Made by a program: the position numbers and the translations under genes
The notes under the pieces: model-generated
What the model saw: the letters and a program-made list of their open reading frames with translations, nothing else
Database searches by the model: none
What the model was told of the DNA's origin: nothing
Part shown: piece by piece, positions 35,681-47,763 of the stretch
Layout of the letters: each line of letters opens with the position of its first letter
How positions within the stretch are numbered: the stretch's first letter is position 1
From: Podarcis filfolensis
Taxonomy: Eukaryota
DNA length: 64,000 nt
Strand: one strand, 5' to 3'
NCBI GenBank assembly: GCA_964270895.1
Contig: OZ185445.1

Positions 35681-36225
35681 CTGTTTGTAGCAAGAAAATG
35701 CAGCTTTTCTTAATCTAGAATCGTTCATACGCATTTTCAACATGCTGCTTTCAATCTAGATTGATTCTAGATCCTGCCGTCCATAAGGGTGGGTGTAGTT
35801 ACTTGATACTCATTTGAAAACCCCTTGATTAGGTTATCCACACCTTTCCCTTCCTGCACATGCCACAGGTGAGCGAGGAAAGAAGTGGCAATTGCTCTCT
35901 CGGTAAATGACCCTCCACAACATAATTAACTATGATCTTCTTCTTCAGATGCACGACTGTAGCAGACAGGGAGGTTGCTAGGTTGGTGACAAGGTGTTCT
36001 AAAGATGCTTTGTGGAGGATTTCCTCAAAAAATGATGTGGAGTTTATTTTAGCATTAAAATAAAAAAGAAATAGCCCATGCCATACTAAATTTGTTAGAT
36101 TTTAAGGTGCCACGGGACTCTGTTGCTTTAGCTGTGAGAGACTAACATGGAAGTTCAGTGCATTCAGCTGCACAAGCTGTTCAGGCAGAAACAAGGATTA
36201 AATTAGGGATTTCCTGGATTGCGGC

Positions 36226-36359
36226 CATCAGCATAGCCAGGATTTTTGTTGGGGGGGGGGACAGGCTTTTGTTTGGGGGGCAGAACCTCAGATTTGTATT
36301 GGTTTTTTTTATTTTGGGGTGGCAGAAGTCCCCCCTGCCCCCTCTTGGCTACGCCCATC
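36226..36359. mobile_element. hAT-type MITE
   Basis: Termini catcagcatagcca / tggctacgcccatc. Perfect 8-bp TSD attgcggc. Confidence 0.85.
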
Positions 36360-36489
36360 ATTGCGGCTCAGCTTCTTAGCTAGTATACTACATAAGTCTG
36401 AGGGAGCCTTGGCAAGGACTTCTTTATAATGATCCCTAGCCGCTCTCTTTAATTTCCCACAATCGAGTGATGCAGGTGTCCTGGGGCAT

Positions 36490-37133
36490 TGTGGGAAACT
36501 TAATATGATACAGTCAGCCTCCAGGATGACCCAAGGCCTGCATCAGCTGGGGTGCATAATGGCTTGTGCCAACCCCTGCCTGTCCAGTCACCAGAACCTT
36601 TGGATCTAAGACTCCATCACTCAAAGACTGGATAGATACATTTTGAGCATCTCCCCCCCCAATAAACACTAGTGCTTTCTCTTTAGCTAATTTTGCCTGA
36701 CAGGAACCCTCCCAGTTGTCACTTCTTCTCCTCTCTGGGCAAAGTGAGAACTGCTGCAAGCACGAAACCTCAAAGGTTTCTGACACTTGGCCCAAGTCCC
36801 CTCCACATTGCTTGGGTTCCCCCACCCATTCCTTTGCCAGCCAAGATATAGATAAAACAATATTTGTTGGTTTTGGTCTTTATCAGTACATCTTGAAGAA
36901 CCATGTAAGCTGAACCTTGCAGCTTGCTCGGTGTTAGGCTAGCTAGACGTTACGTTTTTGTTTTATTTTGCACTGTACTCTGCTTATCTCTCTTCCTCTT
37001 TCCTTTCTTCCCCTTCCTTTCTTGTTATCTTTAAAATAAACTCTTTACTGTTTTGGAATACTGGAGGCTGGCTGCTTTAGATCACTATGCTTTATCTCCT
37101 GTTTGCTGGGCTGCTCTGAAAATGTGACCCACA
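36490..37133 (+). mobile_element. Probable solo LTR (644 bp)
   Basis: 6-bp inverted ends TGTGGG / CCCACA. AATAAA near 37035 followed by a U5-like T-rich segment. No TSD match. Confidence 0.55.
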
Positions 37134-37348
37134 TTTTTGGCCTAACAGGGAATTAGAAAAATGATTGGCTGACTCTCATGTCCAGTGGCACCTGAAGAGA
37201 ATCTGTTGGCAGTTCCCCAGTTCCCAGGGTAAGTGGCTGAAGGCTGTGTGTGTCCCTGCAACCCATTATCACAGAGGCTCATAAGCAGGGTGGTGGCAGG
37301 ATTATGGAAAAGTGGAAGGTGGGGTGGTGCGTTATGCTCCTTTACAGG

Positions 37349-37679
37349 CAGGGGTGTATGAAGTGGGGGGAGGAGGGGGCGGGCCGCCCCGGGTGCCACT
37401 CTGGGGGTTTGTGTGATAAGATGGCTCCTGCCTCCCCCCAGTTGTAGAGCGACCGAGGGCACGCACAGTCTGTATGGGTGCCGCACATGAGCAGTCCGTA
37501 TAGTATGCCACTCGCGCAGCAACCCGTACAGTCGCCTTGCAAGCGGTGTGCATGTCCGGCATTCCGTACGGAGTGCGCATGCATGAGATGCGCATGCACA
37601 GTCTGTACGGGATGCCACACATTTGCACTCTGTACGGGCTGCCCTGCCCTGGGTGCCGGAGAGGGTTCCTCTGCCACTG
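37349..37679. mobile_element. Non-autonomous hAT element with CpG-rich internal repeats
   Basis: Perfect 8-bp TSD tttacagg. Termini caggggtgta / tctgccactg. Repeated ctgtacggg motifs in both orientations. Confidence 0.82.
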
Positions 37680-38131
37680 TTTACAGGGTGGATTCACATA
37701 GAGGTAGATGCACACAGTTCCAACAACTGCCTGAGGATTCTGGGCGCTGATGTTGGATGCGCTATTATACAGATCCATTTAACCCAGATCTCAGCCCACC
37801 ATTTGCAATGGCTAAGGAGGGGTTGTTGGAAGAGAGTCAATAAAATATATTCAGTATAGATGTACAACATGTCTTACGTTTTGCATATGTAACCCAGATT
37901 CTCAAAAGACTTCATCCAATAAAAGGATGGTCCAAGTAGTGAAATTTCACCTGTTGGAGGTGTTCGTTGTTTGATATTGCTATTTGAAACTTTATGGAGG
38001 GAGGATCAAAATGATTTTCACTGCCATTTGGTGGCCCAGCTTCATAAACACATTGGGGGAAAGGCTGGAAGCATGCAAAGAGCAATCTGGTTCAGTGTAA
38101 ACAGATAATTGACTTGAGCCTGAATAGGGCT

Positions 38132-38560
38132 TGTCGTTTTTCTCAACTCAGCCACTGACCTGTAGCATGACTGCCAGAAGCCCAGGTCAAGGCTTTAATC
38201 AGGGTCAAGCCAGGTCAGGAACCAAAAGGTCAGGAATCGTGAGAAAGATCATAGTCAATGCTGAGGAGCCATGCCAGGTCAAGAGCTAGGAGAATGGGAG
38301 CATACGCAAGAATCCTAGGGGATCAGGCAAAAGTTGAGGTCAGAAGTCCATGCTGAGCTGGTAAGCCAAGAGTTTAGAGCCTGGAGAGAAAGCAGACAGA
38401 AGTAGGACCAGAAGTAGGATGGAAGGAGGTAAAAAACCACTGGAATTAGGGCAAGGAACATGCCAGGTAGTAGAAGCATATATTGATACTTTAGTCATTT
38501 TTCTTGCATTTCTGATGTCCACAATTTGAATGTATAAAATAATGGGCTGTGTACATGACA
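38132..38560 (-). mobile_element. Possible degraded LTR-like sequence
   Basis: Repeated ggtcagg/ggtcaag motifs, TTTAAT (ATTAAA on minus) and TG..CA candidate ends. No TSD. Confidence 0.25.
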
Positions 38561-39034
38561 TTGCCACGTGACCCATGTATTCACTGAAGCATGTGATGCC
38601 CCCAGGTCCCTCCAGTGATTCCTCTCCACCCTTTAAAAATGGTAGATTTTCTGCAAATTGAGCCAACATGTATACATATGCACAATGTATCCGTGTTGCG
38701 TTAGAGGAATTAGTATGCTTCTTCTTTGCACATAGTGTGAACCATTCTAGATTGGTGATAATGTACACTTGATTTAAGGAAGCCTTTCCCTCACTCTGTC
38801 TAGTATGACCAACCTCAGGCTTGCATGAGGCTTTCTAGACTGAAAGTTGTTCTGCTGCATGAAACTTGACCTAAAGGACCTAACATGAGGACCATAAAAA
38901 GTCCATGTGGTAGTGCTGCATGTGGAAGCTCCATAGGGGAATAATATTTGTAGCATCTCACCATGCAATTCAGGTTGTTAAGATGGAGGTTCCCTATGTT
39001 AGGGTTCTACTTTTAATCTTATGCAACTCTTGGT

Positions 39035-39520
39035 GGCAGCTCAGGAAGCTGCCTCATACCAGGTCAAACTGTTTGTCCATCTTGCCCAATATTATATACT
39101 CTGATAGGCAGTAGGTTTCAATGGTCTAGGCCAGGCACAGGCAAACTTGGCCCTCCAGATGCTTTGGGACTACAACTCCCATCATCCCTGGCCACTGGTC
39201 CTGTTAGCTAGGGATGATGGGAGTTGTAGTCCAAAAACATCTGGAGGGCTGAGTTTGCCTATGCCTGGTCTAGGCCATGGTCTTCAACATGGTATCCTTT
39301 AGATGTTCTTAGACTACAGATCCCAATGTCCATGACCATTGTCCATACTGGCTTGGGTTGATAGGAACTGTAATCCAACAACATTTGGAGGATACCATGG
39401 TGCCTATCCCTAGGTAAAAGTCTTTCTCATCACCTCCAGCCAGAAGATAGCATAGATGGAACCTGGGATCTTCCACACGCAAAGCAAGTATTCTGCTACT
39501 GAGCTGTGGTCTCTCCCCAT
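39035..39520 (-). mobile_element. tRNA-headed SINE split by two palindromic MITEs
   Basis: Tail half aggaagctgcctcatacc at 39035-39123. Head half ...gaacctgggatcttccacacgcaaagcaagtattctgctactgagct at 39413-39520. Confidence 0.6.
39132..39267. mobile_element. Palindromic hAT-derived MITE (136 bp)
   Basis: Perfect 8-bp TSD gtctaggc. 58-bp arms with 53/58 identity. A degraded relative follows directly at 39276-39412. Confidence 0.93.
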
Positions 39521-41408
39521 AGCTCAGTATATTTCATGCAATACTTCGTATGATGAGCCCCAAACACATAACTACCAGCCAGTATTTGCAGTGCTTTTAT
39601 GCCTCAGTTTCTTGGAACTGATGCCGATTCCCCCTTTAATGTCCATACATATCTCCCAGTACAAACACATATGTGTCCTATGTACCAAAGTACTAATAAA
39701 TAAAGAAATAAAATAAAATAAATAAAATAAAAAAGATCAGACCTAAAACTGCATGCTTGGGTTTGAGGAGCACTTCCAGGCAGTGGTATGTGATCAAGAA
39801 GACTGCTTAGGGTCCAGTTTCAACCCACATAGGACAAGAATTGATATAGTTTACCTGTAGGGAAAGTGCTTGTGAAGCAACACCCTGCATTCCACAGGAT
39901 CAAATCCTCTGTTCAGCAGCTGGTCAGCTAGCTCTCTCTCCTCTCCTCCTAGGCCTTTTCACTGCTTCCTTCTCCCTGCCCAACCTTATTCTTCTTCCAG
40001 CCCAAAGTTTGCCTCTCCTTCCTGCTCAACACCCTGCCCCTGACATCCCCAGATCACTCAAGTGACCCCACTCAACCCACATTGATCTGCAGTTGTCTCC
40101 ACCTGACAAGAACGAAGTCTGGATCCCGATCCCCTCTGAATTGATACAATTCAGCCAAATTCAACCCTATGAGAACTGAAAGTTGAGAATTCTGTATGAT
40201 CTCCAAAGGGTTCATAATAGGAAGCACTTATTTAATTAATGAGCGATCAAGGATTCTCCAAAATACAGTCCAGCATTAAATTCCAAGCAGATGACACACA
40301 CACACACACACACAAAACACTCAAGGCCCTCTTTGGAGTGTTTTAATGACTTGGGGATGCTTTCTGGCAGAGTAAACCAGTCACCCCTAACTATAGCTGG
40401 ATCTACCTAAAAGTAGGTAGAACTCCTCACTTACAGGTAACCAGAATCTCTCTTGCAAGTTCCTCTTTGTTTTCATGATAACCAAACCCTGTTTTCTCTC
40501 TACCCACAGTTCTGTCACAGGCCTAAGACACTAATGGGCACTGATGAAATTAGAAAAAAACAAACCTCATCAGGATATAAGGACTTAACACAATAATAAA
40601 CTTACTTTAATACACCAGTGCAGGTTCATCCGGAGTTTAATTTGTATGGAATTTCATTGTATTGCATCAAGGATTATTTAGTCTAATACATTTTAATAGT
40701 GTCCTTAAGGTATTCATTATCACCTAGAATTCGTTTTGTTACAATATTTTATCGCATAGCTCTTGGCACAAATTGTTGTTTATCTTTGGTGGAAAGCCTG
40801 CATATCCTGGGGTATGCAATATTTGTATTGGAATAGAGAGAAAGCAAGAAATAATAATTTAAAAAAGATCTAATTTGGTTAAATGATATAATATTTTCCC
40901 TTCTCCCAGGCTAAGATTAATCATTCCAGGAAACACTTTGTCTTGGGTACTTAATATGCAAACTCCAAATCTTTAGCCAATAGCAATATGACATAGCTGA
41001 ACAGAGAATGTGCTTTGTGGAGATGGATTTAATTATCTTGAGCTATAGGGTAAGAAACTGCTGGAGCTTCTTCACTATTTTTTTTTTTAATCAGTAGCTT
41101 TATAAGCATTTAAATCTGTCAAACAAAACCAATACTCCGTCCCAAATAAATAAAACCTACTGTCCAAGCAAATAAAACACTAATATTATTCTACAAATAA
41201 CATATGCAAGAAATCATATGAAGCCTGAGCTGTAGCAAAGGAAGTGGTGAGCTTGCTTATGAATGATGCAGCCAAGGGAGGTGTGAGCCTCAGCATTCTT
41301 CATCTGGCTGGTCCAGCATCGTCAGCTCCTCCAACTGGTGCAATGAAGGATGTGCTTCATCCTGGCTTTTGCATCCACTAGGAGTATAGGAGCTATTCTC
41401 TGGGATTA

Positions 41409-42133
41409 CTGTATTTTTCACTCTATTAGACGCACCGGACGATTGGACACACCTAGTTTTTAGGGGAGAAAAACAAGAAATAAGAAAGGAACGCAAAGCA
41501 TCCTGAGCTAAGAGGGAGCGCTCCTCCATCTTCGCTCAGGAGGCTTTGTGGGGCTATCCCTGAAGCCAGGAGAGCAAGCAGGATTGGTGCACAGCGATCC
41601 CCCTTGCCCTCCTGGCGAAAGCAAGCCTACTGGCTTTCCCCCCTCTTTAAAGGGAACGCAGCTCTTGGGGGCTTTTCTGGGAGATGGGGGAAGGGACAGA
41701 GCCACACGCTCTGTCCCTTCCCCCACCTCCTGCAAAAGCCAGGGATAGCCGCGCGAAGCCTCCGCAGGTCAGCGGGATGAAGGCTCCCCGCTCCCCTGCA
41801 GAGGCTTCGGGTGGCTAAGCCAGAAGCTAGAACAGCCAGCGGGATAGCAGCGCAGTGATCCCGCTCGCTGTCCTGGCTTCTTCTTTAGCTGCGTGCAGCC
41901 TCTCCCGGGCAAGGGGAGCCTTCATCCCCTAAGGCTCCCCCAAGAGCCGCGCTCCCTTTAAAGAGCGCGCGGAGTGTGCGGCTCTTGGGGGCTTTTCCCC
42001 GAGGAACTCCACGTGGCTCTTTAAAGGGAGCACTGACAGAGCCTCCCGTCTGCATTCGCTCCATAAGACGCACACACATTTCCCCATACTTTTTAGGAGG
42101 AGGAAAGTGCATCTTATAGAGCGAAAAATATGG
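41409..42133. mobile_element. Tc2-like non-autonomous element, second core type
   Basis: TIRs ctgtatttttcactctattagacgcac / gtgcatcttatagagcgaaaaatatgg with TA on both flanks. Terminal regions homologous to 29476-30025. Confidence 0.85.
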
Positions 42134-42221
42134 TATATTTTATGTGTGTTTATGTTCCCATAGTATTTATTTGCCAAGTTTGTTCTTGGAGCACACGTCC
42201 TTTTTTCACTTCTCATTCCGA

Positions 42222-42356
42222 TGAGTTGGCCTTGGGTCTCCAGCTGCTTTTGAACTTCAGCTCCCATCATCATCCCTAGCTAGCAGGACCCAGTAGTCAG
42301 GGATGATGGGAAGCGTAGTCCAAAAATAGGTGGAGACACAAGTTTGGGAAACCCTG
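42222..42356. mobile_element. Palindromic hAT-derived MITE
   Basis: catcatccctagctagcaggacccagtagtcagggatgatggg core as at 6211. Right end tttgggaaaccctg. Confidence 0.7.
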
Positions 42357-43292
42357 ACAAAGGAGATCTGCTAAACAAGCCACCCACGTTTGTTTTGCTT
42401 GAACTTTACCTCTTGCTGTGTTGTTGACTAAATCAGGGTGACCAGACTAAATCAGGGTCACCTTTGCTCAGGGCAGTTTATGAGGAAGTCAAATAAGACA
42501 GAAAATAATCCATAAAACGACACGGTCGTTAGCATACACAGCTCATAACAACTCAATAAAACAGTGCAGTTCTTAAAAACAACAACTCGGTAACAACTCA
42601 CTAAACAGCAATTTACTAATAGCCGCAGCAACTAATCCATTGAACTGCAGTTCAGGTTACTTACCTCAGACCAGTGCAGTCTGAATTTAACGGCACTTTT
42701 CCAACATAAGGAGAATGGTTGCCTAAATGTGTTATTTCATAAATGCAGTTTATTCCAGCTGAGGAAGAGACTCAGAATTTGCAAACAAGCATCTGGCTGA
42801 CAGAGTCTGGCACCAAAGGAAGCCTTGGGACTGGCGGCTTTCCACTGACTGGAGAGATCAGACCAAAGCAGCAGAGGGGTCAGGCTGTCTGAAGGTGGGG
42901 TCTGCCAGGAATACAAGTTGCATGGCTTTGGCCAGGAGCAGAGTGGGGAGGCTTTCTGGGAAAATAATTGAGTGTTTTCGTGTGCATAAAAACTTGTGTA
43001 TGAAAATAGCCATATGCAAATCAAAGGCAGGCTTGGTTTTCTCTAATTCTATGAAGAATTGAGCCGTGCTGGTTGCTGGTTTGAAACTTTCGGTACTTAT
43101 GGTTATCATCAGCAACAGATACTGCAAAATAAATAATATATATTTTTTTTTAAAAAAAGAAAAAGAATGGAGTTCTTTCTCCAAAGAAAATACCATGAAA
43201 GATGTGTGTATATGTGTGAGAAGGATTTCATTTACTTCCTTAAAGGAAGAAAAAGAGATCATTGCTAGAAATGGATTTAGAATTTGGAACTA

Positions 43293-43548
43293 CAGTGGTA
43301 CCTTGGGTTACATACGCTTCAGGTTACAGACACTTCAGGTTACAGATTCCGCTAACCCAGAAATAGTACCTCGGATTAAGAACTTCAGGTTACAGACTCT
43401 GCTTCAGGATGAGAACAGAAATCGTGCTCTGGCAGCGCGGCAGCAGCAGGAGGTCCCATTAGCTAAAGTGGTGCTTCAGGTTAAGAACAGTTTCAGGTTA
43501 AGTACGGACCTCTGGAACAAATTAAGTACTTAACCTGAGGTACCACTG
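43293..43548 (+). mobile_element. Tigger-like MITE, family B
   Basis: TIRs cagtggtaccttgggtta / taacctgaggtaccactg with TA TSD. Strand is arbitrary. Confidence 0.92.
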
Positions 43549-43695
43549 TATTTAGTGCCAGATAGAGTCAGCTGAGACTGTATTTTCTACATTTATCTGC
43601 ACACACTTGTATACGTGAGCATTAATTGCTGAGAGCCACTGAAGAGCTAAGGTCAGGCCTTTGTGCTGAATTTTCATGTTTCTCATGCTATTATG

Positions 43696-43915
43696 ATTTA
43701 ATATGTTTATATCCTATCTTCCCTTCGAGGAGCTCAATATGGCTTACGTGGTCCTCTTCCTCCCCACTTTATTCTCACAACAATCCTGTGAGGCAGGTTA
43801 GCCTGAGAGACTCTGTGACTGGCACAAGGTGACTCAGTGTATTTCATGGCTAAGCAAGGATTTGAGTCTTGGTATCTCGAGTCCTAGTCCAACATTCTGA
43901 CCACTACAATACACA
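43696..43915 (-). mobile_element. MIR/Ther1-derived SINE
   Basis: Reverse complement of the 5807 family (ctcacaacaatcctgtgagg...tcatggctaag...ctagtccaacattctgaccactaca). Confidence 0.72.
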
Positions 43916-45431
43916 GGCCTTTGTCAATCTGGTGCTCCTCAGCTCCAGCCAGCACAGCTGAGAGTTGTCGTCCAGAAAATCTGGAGGGCACCAAGTTGGC
44001 AAATTCTATTCTAGAGCAAGCTGCAGCTGGAATGGGCCTGGCCCTTAGCTACAGAGAGACCTTTTTTGCCATCAAGTAAAGGGCTAAGGAATGGCTTTAG
44101 TGAAAAATCATACATAAATACTACTCTTATGTCCCTGGTAGAGTATAGGCAAAAATGAAGACTATTTGAGAGGAACTTGGCACAATTCCTACTGCCTTGA
44201 TGTTAGGAAAGCTCTATGTTTATAGCTGTGGGTAATGTGTGTGATTAGGGATTCCTGTAATTAGTCTGACTGACTACAGTATAGAGTAGACCAAACAGAT
44301 GGCTTCATCACTGGTTTCATTTCTCTTACAATGCATTACAGATTCAATAGCCTGTTGCTATTAATCTAGTTTTCTTTTTCTCATGAATTAGTCTGGCCAC
44401 TTCGAAATCACCAAAAAAAAGGAGGACAAAGGAGGGAACAGATTTGCACAAAATTTGCATGCTCTAATTTGCATGTACAGATGCAAATTTAGAAACATTT
44501 GCTATAACTTAAATGGAAATACAAATCACCTGCAGGCAGCTGATCTACCTGTCTGCTCAGACTGCTGTTCAGGTGGTAATGGGCAACTGCACAGTCCTTC
44601 CTGTTTTTCCTTCCTAGGGTTTGTTTATTCAGCTGGACTTGGATCAGTGAGATCTTCAAAGAAAGGAACCCTTCAAACAGAGGACTGCTTCTGTAAGATA
44701 GGACACATGGCCACCCTATTATGAATGAAAGAAAGTGAATATGGCAATATGCATAAAATGGTCTATTACTTTACTCACGAAGGATTTGGAGCTGCACAGC
44801 GGCTGAGCTGTGAAGGCATCTGTTGTGGTCAGTGGACCCAGGCTGTAATACATGTTACTGCCGACATAAAAGGAATATTAAATTCAAAGCACTGGTTTTG
44901 ACCTATAAAGTGTCTCAGGAATTGTAGTTTACCCCCTCAAACAGCTAAAATTCCCGGCACTCTTAACAAACCACAGTTTCCAGGATTCTTTGGGAGAATG
45001 CATGTGCTTTAAATGCACATTTAAATGTATATACTTTGCCAGCTTCCTGGTGTTCTTATGCTTCTGTGTCTTTTGCAGTTTCAGTTTTTCATTTTTTTAA
45101 TCTTTTGTAGCTTTTTAAATCTATTATTACTGCAAGTACATAAGCCACTCTGGAAACACGACGCCTTGAAGAGCAGGCATGTGGTTAAACCCTGCCTTAT
45201 TATTTTACCTTCCCATTTCCCTGGATGGCAACAAATGGTAACATTCAGCTGAGCTACACAGTTGCAAGTGTATTGCAATACAATTGAAAAAACTGAAAAA
45301 TAAGTGGTTGTGGTATAGCTCCTAGCCATCTGAGTTCAACCCATGTGATGAGGTTTCAACACCCCACACTGCATTTTTGGCTGACAGCTTTTTCATATTC
45401 TTAACAATGCCAGATGGTGCATTTTCTAATG

Positions 45432-45758
45432 TAAGGGAGCGTCTCCACCCGCATTGTTCTTCCCGGACACTGAGGTCCTCCTCTGGGGGTCTCCTGCTGG
45501 TTCCCTCGCTGTGAAAAGCAAAGTTACAGGGAACCAGGCAGAGGACCTTCTTGGTAGTGGAGCCCTCCCTGTAGAACACCCTCCCTTCAGATGTCAAGGA
45601 GATAAAGAACAACCTTTAGAAGACAATTGAAGGCAGCCCTGCATTGGGAAGTTTTTAATGTTTGATGTTTTATTATGTTTTGATATATGCTGTAAGCTGC
45701 CCAGATGGGTGGGGTATAAATAATAATAATAATACTAATACTAATAATAATAATAATA
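45432..45758 (+). mobile_element. L2 LINE 3' end with (AAT)n tail
   Basis: gttacagggaaccaggcagaggaccttc...gaaggcagccctgcattgggaagtttttaatg; same family as 10465 and 35355. Confidence 0.85.
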
Positions 45759-47011
45759 GATACACATTTTACTTACATTGACACGTTTGAGTGACAAGTT
45801 TCTCTACACAGTAAGATGGTGGGGGACAACTCATTATGTACATCTTTGAAATTGTGCTTGTTTATGTATATATATATAAAATGGGTGCCCATCAGATAAT
45901 TAGCGTTAATTCTTCATTTTTAAGTAGACTTTCAACTGAATGAAAAATAAATGTTTCTCATTGCAATTACCAAATTCACACTTCTTTAAAACTAAAAAGT
46001 ACATCATTAGGGTCACTTGCATGTAGCACTGAAAATGTGTGGGCGAGTTTATGCTGGGAGCATCCAATGCTCCACTCACTCTTGAAATTCACACTGCAAG
46101 CGAGTTTGATTCTTGGTGCAATTACAATGGCAGAATCTGAAGTGTGTCACAGGAGCAAGATTGATGCTTGCTGAGTTGTCCCATGGCACATTGTTCCTGA
46201 TTTCGGAAACCTAATTTGTACTGTGACTACAGTCTTTCCAGTTTGGACATGCAGCAGCCTCTCTTATCAACCGCTGTGCAGCACTTATGAAAGGTGCAAT
46301 TACATATGCTTATGCAAGGATTTCCCTGAGCAGCTGGTTGCATCCCTATCTGAAATGATTTCAGAACCTGTGGAAGCTTGGAGGACTTAACTATGTCAAT
46401 GGCAACCCCCCCCCCCCGATGGTGTTATAGATGAGGCAAAATGCTTCTCATAGGTAAAAGTCTTTAGATACAGCAGAAGAGGAGTAAACCCTAAAAGCAA
46501 GAACCATATAATGTCACCCACAGATCATGTAAATAAAGACAGAAAACAAAATGCATATTAGAACTAACTGAACGTTCATTTTGGAGTCCTAGTGTGTGCA
46601 GATGATGCAAGGAGACTAAGAAAATCTGATTGGGGCAATCAATCCTGGGCCAAGAAATATTTCCATAGCTGTCAAACGGGATGGAACAGCGACATCAAAG
46701 AGAAGAAATACAATGGCTATTGAGTGGGTTGAATCTATAAGTTCAGACTACCTGTCTGGATCCTAGCTGCCTAATGCAAGTGGTGGTGACTGCATGAAAA
46801 ATACTGCCAATATACGTCCTACACATTTGATCAATGCAATACCACCCCCTCTCTCACATAGGCATCCTTTCAAATCTTCATCACATATACAACTGAGATA
46901 GTTAACTCTTGAGCAACAGTATTATAACCAGCAGCATTCCAGGGTCATATCTGCAAAAACATTTGTCGTATTCAGATACACCAGTGTTATTTTATTAATT
47001 TATTAAGTCTA

Positions 47012-47253
47012 CAGTGGTACCTCGGGTTACATACGCTTCAGGTTACATATGCTTCAGGTTACAGACTCTGCTAACCCAGAAATAGTGCTTCAGGTTAAGA
47101 ACTTTGCTTCAGGATGAGAACAGAAATCGTGCTCCGGCGGTGCAGCAGCAGCAGGAGGCCCCATTAGCTAAAGTGGTGCTTCAGGTTAAGAACAGTTTGA
47201 GGTTAAGAACGGATCTCTGGAACGAATTAAGTACTTAACCCGAGGTACCACTG
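47012..47253 (+). mobile_element. Tigger-like MITE, family B
   Basis: TIRs cagtggtacctcgggtta / taacccgaggtaccactg with TA TSD. Strand is arbitrary. Confidence 0.93.
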
Positions 47254-47402
47254 TATATCCCACACTTCCTCCCAAAGGAGCCCAGGGTGGCAAACACAGA
47301 AACAGTAAAACAATTAAAACAAAAACACCTAAAAATTCCAGTAAGAATGCATACTAGGAAAGAATTCTACCTAAAGGGCTTTTTGGAAAAGAAGGGTCTC
47401 CA

Positions 47403-47538
47403 CAGTGCTATTTTTCAGGAAAAAGAGATGTGGGAACTCACAATGAATGCCTCCCTTGCTCTCTTACAATGGTGATGGTGTTCACCTATGAGGTGCTGGA
47501 ACTGAGTTTGGGTGAGTTCCTGCTGAAAAAAAGCCCTG
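47403..47538. mobile_element. Short hAT-type MITE (cagggctttttttc family)
   Basis: Termini cagtgctatttttc / gaaaaaaagccctg. TSD ggtctcca / ggtcttca (7/8). Confidence 0.85.
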
Positions 47539-47763
47539 GGTCTTCAATAGGTGCCAGAAAGATCACAGAGCCAGCACCTCTCGAGTATTGAACGAGAATG
47601 AATTCCACAGGGGAGGTGCCACAGCACTAAAGGCCTGATTCCTATATTGTCCAAAATGGACCTCATGGTAGGATAGTATCTGCAAGAGGCTCTCACCTGC
47701 AGAGCACAGCGATTGACAGGTGAGATGATTTTGGGTTGCAATGCTGCATACTTACCTGAGAAT

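Larger units (their letters stand above)
46985..47745 (-). mobile_element. Old L2 3' end carrying two nested MITEs
   Basis: Minus strand encodes an AFSAVAPPLWNS-like motif near 47600-47635. Tail near 46990-47290 is interrupted by the 47012-47253 MITE. Confidence 0.6.

Noticed and set aside
37142-37778. Cluster of 111-158-aa ORFs
   Set aside because: Produced by the GC-rich hAT element interior, which has low stop density. No transposase motifs.
40541-40573. CTGATGA...TCATCAG inverted heptamer resembling a hammerhead or C/D box core
   Set aside because: No GAAA core with the required stems and no terminal D box arrangement. Probably a chance short inverted repeat.
42665-42955. Possible minus-strand exon with perfect donor GAG|GTAAGT
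   Set aside because: No frame stays open through it. About two AG|GTAAGT hits are expected by chance in 128 kb of both strands, and the similar site at 47756 lies within a repeat.
43066-43533. 155-aa ORF
   Set aside because: AT-rich flank reading into a Tigger-like MITE (repeated RLQTL from cttcaggttaca units). Not a gene.
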